Shown here piece after piece: positions 59,037 to 64,000 of a stretch of 64,000 nucleotides of DNA; position 1 is the stretch's first letter, and each line of letters begins with the position of its first letter. The stretch lies in assembly GCA_965197585.1 (NCBI GenBank), contig OZ240215.1, forward strand, positions 1,824,001 through 1,888,000, written 5' to 3'. A program made the position numbers and the translations under genes. The notes under the pieces are model-generated. The model did no database searches. It was not told the origin of the DNA and was given only the letters and a program-made list of their open reading frames with translations. This DNA is from Dehalococcoidia bacterium (GTDB taxonomy: Bacteria; Chloroflexota; Dehalococcoidia; Plut-88900).

Positions 59037-60074
59037 GTGGCTCAAGTGGCTGGACTAAAGATCGCTCATGGATATCCCATATCACAGACCTACTTGGAAA
59101 GGCTCGCGTCGCTTTCCGGCGTGGAGGTTTTTGACATCGGGGATTTGCTGAAGCAGGAGAAAGAGACTGCTTCTAAACACGGCCCCGACTCCCCGGAAGC
59201 CGGGGCTGCCCGCCAGAAGGTGGACGAGATAATAAAAGACGTCGAGATCTACTACTCCGCCTCCCTGCCCGGCGGCTTGCCCGAGCGTGCTCCCAACCTG
59301 AAGTGGCTCCAGTACGTCTGGGACGGCATAGACCTCGATGTCGGAAAAGACCTCCTGGAATCATCCGTCGTCATTACCAACGCCCGGCAAATGGCTGCTC
59401 TGAACATCGCCGAGTGGGCGCTCATGTGCATATTGATGTTCAAAAAGAAACAACACCAACTCATCGCCGAAAGACGTAACAAGGTATGGAGCAACGACTT
59501 CTACGACCAGATTGAGCTCCGGGGCCAGACTATCGGAGTCGTCGGGCTGGGTGCCATCGGCGGGGACTTGGCCCGCCTCAGTAAAGCCTTCGGCATGACC
59601 GTGCTCGCGACCCGCCGGACCGTGTCCAGCCGTCAGTTCAACGTCGGTGATGTCGACGAAGTCATGCCAGCCTCCGACTTGGACGACCTGTTGCGAAGAA
59701 GCGACTTCACGGCCCTCTGTGTCCCCGGCACGCCGGACACACAGCAACTCATTGGCGATCGGGAGTTGGACCTGATAGGACCCTCTTCCTTTCTGATTAA
59801 TGTCGCCCGTGGCAGTGTGGTCGACGAGGGAGCCCTAATCCGAGCCCTCAAGGGGGGCCGCATAGCTGGCGCGGGCCTGGATGTCTTTGCTACGGAGCCC
59901 CTGCCCCAGGACAGCGAGCTCTGGGAGCTGGACAATGTGATATTAGGCACTCACAAGACCGGCGACGTTATGGGCTACGATGACCGAATCGCCGACCTGT
60001 TCACCAGAAACGTCGAGCGGTATATTAAAGGCGAAGAACTGATCAACCTGGTCGATAAGAAGGCGGGCTACTAG
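59037..60074 (+). CDS. D-2-hydroxyacid dehydrogenase
   Basis: GLGAIG, INVARG, AGLDVFATEPLP; extended -10 TGCTATAAT upstream. Confidence 0.92.
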   Translation: MAQVAGLKIAHGYPISQTYLERLASLSGVEVFDIGDLLKQEKETASKHGPDSPEAGAARQKVDEIIKDVEIYYSASLPGGLPERAPNLKWLQYVWDGIDLDVGKDLLESSVVITNARQMAALNIAEWALMCILMFKKKQHQLIAERRNKVWSNDFYDQIELRGQTIGVVGLGAIGGDLARLSKAFGMTVLATRRTVSSRQFNVGDVDEVMPASDLDDLLRRSDFTALCVPGTPDTQQLIGDRELDLIGPSSFLINVARGSVVDEGALIRALKGGRIAGAGLDVFATEPLPQDSELWELDNVILGTHKTGDVMGYDDRIADLFTRNVERYIKGEELINLVDKKAGY

Positions 60075-60100
60075 CGCCCGCATCCCGTGAGGAGAAAATC

Positions 60101-60286
60101 ATGCCGAGAGTAACCATAGAAATGTACCCTGGCAGGACCAAGGCCCAGAAGGCCGAGTTGGCCCGCGTCATCACCGAGGCCATGGTCACCATCGCCAACA
60201 CCCAGGCCCAGGCCGTGGACATCGTCTTCAACGAAGTGTCCCAGGAAAGCTGGTCCTTCGGCGGAGTCCTCGCCTCCGACAGATAA
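60101..60286 (+). CDS. 4-oxalocrotonate tautomerase family protein
   Basis: Pro-1, GRTKAQK, WSFGG; RBS AGGAG. Confidence 0.9.
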   Translation: MPRVTIEMYPGRTKAQKAELARVITEAMVTIANTQAQAVDIVFNEVSQESWSFGGVLASDR

Positions 60287-60457
60287 CCCACCCACTCCCT
60301 CATTCGCCCTGAGCCCGATGCAAGTGGAACACCCGCCTTTGAAGGGTCCACTTATAGAGGATCGAAGGGCCTCAAGATCGGGCATCTTGTCCCCTCTCCC
60401 TTGATGGGAGAGGGCTAGGGAGAGGGTGATTCCTCACTCCCCCTCGCAGCACACCGG

Positions 60458-60534
<77 letters not shown>

Positions 60535-60642
60535 TGACGCAGTGAACTGCGAACTCCACTGCTCAAGGTGCCCTCAGCGTTGCCCAGAGCTCCTTTCTCA
60601 GCAAAGACATAGTGTAACAAGGCTCGACGTAAGAGACACATC

Positions 60643-60804
60643 ATGCGCGCAAATAAGAAGATCGGTTTAGGAATCGCTCTCGGAGCTGGAGTAGGCGCAG
60701 CCATAGGCTTGGCACTCGGCAACGTCGCCGTCGGTGTGGCAATAGGAGTTGCCGTGGGCGTAGCGCTCAGTGCCGCTTGGGGTCGACGTCGTCACCAAGG
60801 CTAG
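60643..60804 (+). CDS. 53-aa glycine-zipper membrane peptide
   Basis: MRANKKIGLGIALGAGVGAAIGLALGNVAVGVAIGVAVGVALSAAWGRRRHQG; below the ORF-track cutoff. Confidence 0.65.
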   Translation: MRANKKIGLGIALGAGVGAAIGLALGNVAVGVAIGVAVGVALSAAWGRRRHQG

Positions 60805-61271
60805 TGTTAGCATTCCCTGTTCTAAGGCACCCCCACTGAATCCCTATACCAGAACCTTCCACCGGCAAGTTCGCAGTTCGGTACGCCCTGGCCCAACTCA
60901 CAGTCCTATCTGCATGTCGAAGATGGTTCTGTCTTCAGTCAACTCTAGCCCACCATCTGTCCCCATACTTACAGAACCCCGCTGACGGGCCTACTATCCG
61001 CGCGCACGCACAGCTATGAAGAGCAGGATTGTCTAGGCAGCATTGTCCTCAGCTTGGTAAAGCACACAGAGACCCAGACCGAAACAGGTCTTCCCGGCTC
61101 CGACGGTTGAGGCAAACTGCCCTCCGGCGAGAGCGTATAACGCCCGCTCGGCGACGAAGAGTGGCAATAATTGCATCGACTTCATCGGTAGATTCCTAGC
61201 AGAGTTGGCACGACTTGGATAAACTTGGTCGGACAACTGCGCGTAGACAAAGCAAAGGAGACTTCACTAAC

Positions 61272-62333
61272 TTGGACATCATCATACGGACCAAAGCCTG
61301 GTCCGCATCCATATTCTTGATATTGGCATTGACCTTAGTGATGGCCGCGTGTTCAGACTCGGACTCAGGTGAGGATGTTACTGTTCGACCCACAGAGGCA
61401 GTAACACCTACAGAGAGTTCCCTGCCGCCGACAAGCACACCTGCCTCAACCCCCATAGCTACTCTCGAACCGACGGCTGCCCCGGCCATGCCTGAGACTT
61501 ATCCGCTGGAAATAGTTGATATGCTCGGTCGGAGTGTTGAGATTCCGGCCAGACCGGCGCGGATCGTAAGCATTAGCCCAACGGCCACGGAGATACTGTA
61601 CGCCGCCGGCGGAACGGCAGTCGCTCGTGACACAAGCTCCACCTTCCCTGCTGAGGCGTCCGACCTTCCGGAACTCGGTGGAGCCTACTCGCCTAGCTTC
61701 GAAGCAATTGCCGCCCAGAGGTCCGACTTGATACTGATCGAAGCTCTGAGCCAGGCCCGCTTCCTGGAGCCATTGTCGCGACTGGGTCCGCCTGTGGTGG
61801 CTGTTCGTGCAGCTTCGCTCGACGACATAACCACGGGCATCAAGCTCATCGGGCAGATCATCGAAAGCGATGAGATAGCCGAACGGGCAGCAGAGGATCT
61901 TTCGGCACGAGTATCGTCAGCCGTTGAAGGCCTTAGTGATGGTCAAAGCGCCTTGATCCTGATCTCAGACGCCGACAGAAACCTTTACGTCGCAAAGCCA
62001 CAGTCGTATCCCGGCGCCATAGCTTCCTTGTTGAAGCTGTCGAACCCGGCTGCCGATTTGCCCGACAGCGGGACATTCCCGGGTTTCGCTCAGATCTCGG
62101 CAGAGCAATTGCTCACCATGGACCCGGACTACGTGTTTACAATTACACCGGCGCCGGAACCCGCACCACGTCTTTCTGCAACATTGCCCCGCATTCCCGG
62201 CTTCTCCAATCTGCAGGCAATCACAGGCGGCCGGATGCATGAAATCGACCACGTAATCTTCCTGCGCAATCAGGGGCCGCGCATTGCCGAGGCAGTGGAA
62301 GCCATGGCCGAAATTGTAGGAAGCGCCCCATAG
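61272..62333 (+). CDS. Fe-siderophore/cobalamin-type ABC substrate-binding lipoprotein
   Basis: Lipobox MAAC, P/T-rich linker, DMLGRSV..PARIVSISP, SFEAI; AAGGAG before TTG 61272. Confidence 0.88.
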   Translation: MDIIIRTKAWSASIFLILALTLVMAACSDSDSGEDVTVRPTEAVTPTESSLPPTSTPASTPIATLEPTAAPAMPETYPLEIVDMLGRSVEIPARPARIVSISPTATEILYAAGGTAVARDTSSTFPAEASDLPELGGAYSPSFEAIAAQRSDLILIEALSQARFLEPLSRLGPPVVAVRAASLDDITTGIKLIGQIIESDEIAERAAEDLSARVSSAVEGLSDGQSALILISDADRNLYVAKPQSYPGAIASLLKLSNPAADLPDSGTFPGFAQISAEQLLTMDPDYVFTITPAPEPAPRLSATLPRIPGFSNLQAITGGRMHEIDHVIFLRNQGPRIAEAVEAMAEIVGSAP

Positions 62334-63311
62334 TTGCGCCGCCCGGCCCTTGTCCTGACGAGTCTCGGTGTCGCCTTACTCACGGGCTGCATTGTAGGGG
62401 TTGCTTTTGGCACTGCGGACCTGGAAGCCTCTACACTCCTTAAAGCCCTCTTCACCGACAGCGGAGACCCTACCGCCGAGGTGATAGTGCGCTCTCTCCG
62501 CATACCGAGGGTCGTTGCGGCTCTGGTAGTAGGAGCGTGTCTTGGGGCCGCAGGATCGCTGATTCAAAGCGCTACTCGTAATCCCTTGGGAGACCCCCAG
62601 CTATTCGGACTGGGCGGAGGGGCAGCTATAGTCCAGGCTCTAACTTTAGTTGGGGTCCTTGGAACGGGGGCTTGGGGACTAACCTCTCTATCTGTAGTGG
62701 CCGCCCTGATCGGGGCCCTTCTCATATTTGTGTTGTCTTCAAGGGAGAGCGTTACTGCGGCTCGTCTCGCCCTGATCGGTGTATCCATAGGGGCTTTGAC
62801 TCTGGCAGTTGCCGCCGCTATCTTGACTCACGCACGGATCTTCAGCCTGCAAGCCTTGGCTCTGTTCAGCGGCAGCCTGGCCAACCGAAGCTGGGATGAC
62901 GTCATGCCGGCCTTCCCTTTCCTTGCCCTCGGAATCGCACTCGCGGTCCTGGCGGCAGGTCGGCTGAACTTCTTGGTACTAGGCGACCGGCTTGCTGGGC
63001 AATTGGGGGCCAGTCCCAGGAGGACTCGGTTAGTGGCTATGGCCTCCGCCGGGGTACTGGCTGGCACTGCTGTAACCTTGGCCGGTGTGGTCGGTTTCGT
63101 GGGCCTGCTCACCCCGCATGTCGTAAGACTGATGGTGGGCAATGACCCTCGCACCGTTATGGCTGTTTCTGTCCCCGCCGGGGCCCTGGTAGTTCTTTAC
63201 GCAGACCAGATTTCGAGGCTGGCCTTCATGCCCTCCGAAATACCGGTTGGACTGATAACCACAGTATTGGGTGCGCCCCTTATGATATGGGTGGCAAGGA
63301 GGCTGCAGTGA
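62334..63311 (+). CDS. FecCD/BtuC family ABC permease
   Basis: LRIPR, RNPLGDP, GFVGLLTPH, EIPVG..GAP. Confidence 0.92.
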   Translation: MRRPALVLTSLGVALLTGCIVGVAFGTADLEASTLLKALFTDSGDPTAEVIVRSLRIPRVVAALVVGACLGAAGSLIQSATRNPLGDPQLFGLGGGAAIVQALTLVGVLGTGAWGLTSLSVVAALIGALLIFVLSSRESVTAARLALIGVSIGALTLAVAAAILTHARIFSLQALALFSGSLANRSWDDVMPAFPFLALGIALAVLAAGRLNFLVLGDRLAGQLGASPRRTRLVAMASAGVLAGTAVTLAGVVGFVGLLTPHVVRLMVGNDPRTVMAVSVPAGALVVLYADQISRLAFMPSEIPVGLITTVLGAPLMIWVARRLQ

Positions 63312-63332
63312 GGCTACAACAGGTTCTATAGG

Positions 63333-64000
63333 ATGAAGATCAGCATAGAATTGGATAATGTCTCCTTCTCTTACGGAGAAAAGCCTGTCTTAAGGGAAGT
63401 CTCCGTCTCAGTGGCCATGGGCGAATTCGTTTGTCTGTTGGGGCTTAATGGTGCAGGTAAGACAACTCTGGCACAGCTAATCGCAGGCGAACTGTCGCCT
63501 ACACAGGGCCGAGTCTTCCTGAACTCAGGAGACGCATCCGGCGATCTAACAGGGGTAGGACGGCATATCGCATATCTGCCGCAGGACCTTCAAGACCCTC
63601 CCTTTGTGACCGTGCGGGAACTGGTCTCTCTAGGACGTTTCAGCCCAAAACGCAGCCTCGGATGGAGGGTCAGCGATAAAGACAAACAGGTTGTCCAAGA
63701 GTGCCTAGACAGATGTCTTGCGGAGTCCTTTGCAGACCGCCCTTTTGCCCAGCTCTCAGGAGGCGAAAAACAGCGGGTATGGCTCGCCTTTTGCCTGGCC
63801 CAGCAACGAGAGTTCATTCTGCTGGACGAATCACTGCACAAGATAGATTATTCAACGAGAGACCTCTTCTTCAGAATGCTTGCCAATCTGGCCGAGGACG
63901 GCAAAGGCGTTGTTCTCATAACCCATGACTTGCAGATGGCGGAGCGGCATGGCCGGAGGATGCTGCTGCTGGGTGACGGTGGACTACTGTACGACGGGCC
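63333..64000 (+). CDS. ABC transporter ATP-binding protein (runs off the window edge)
   Basis: GLNGAGKTT, LSGGEKQR, ILLDE, ITHD. Confidence 0.9.
   Translation, partial: MKISIELDNVSFSYGEKPVLREVSVSVAMGEFVCLLGLNGAGKTTLAQLIAGELSPTQGRVFLNSGDASGDLTGVGRHIAYLPQDLQDPPFVTVRELVSLGRFSPKRSLGWRVSDKDKQVVQECLDRCLAESFADRPFAQLSGGEKQRVWLAFCLAQQREFILLDESLHKIDYSTRDLFFRMLANLAEDGKGVVLITHDLQMAERHGRRMLLLGDGGLLYDG

Noticed and set aside
61030-61262. Canonical cobalamin riboswitch
   Set aside because: B12-box and GGGAA/GCCACTG motifs are absent; kept only as an unknown structured leader.

Overview
GC-rich bacterial chromosome segment whose + strand is visibly C-rich. The gene content (many amidohydrolases, CaiB/BaiF CoA-transferases, CMD, SDR, sulfatase and DUF1989/DUF3237 proteins, a translin homolog, FmdB-type zinc ribbons) suggests Chloroflexota/Dehalococcoidia, SAR202-like; this is an inference, not a search result. 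Housekeeping genes include recN, pyrE, lepB, dcd-ribD-ribE-ribBA-ribH, ispH, ggt, hppA, thiE, yraN-rnhB-mnmA, rsfS, ndk, tsaB-tsaE-thiL and two tRNA-Lys genes. Intergenic space holds several REP/MITE-like repeat families, nearly all oriented the same way. Three complete IS elements (IS110, IS481, IS5) each sit inside one of these repeats. The best-supported finding is the IS110 element at 26395-27510. Its 155-nt left non-coding end reads as a complete bridge RNA, with guides matching its own circle junction and the host repeat it inserted into, and circularisation would create a sigma70-type promoter. Other candidates are an AT-richer ABC-type ATPase + PIN cassette (possible defence system), a DNA methyltransferase-HNH fusion next to SOS-box-like promoters, a membrane-anchored JAB protein, a sulfatase with Thr at the formylglycine position, a 22-bp element inserted into other repeats, and a structured leader before an Fe/B12-type ABC importer. 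All product calls come from motif recognition; no database search was run.
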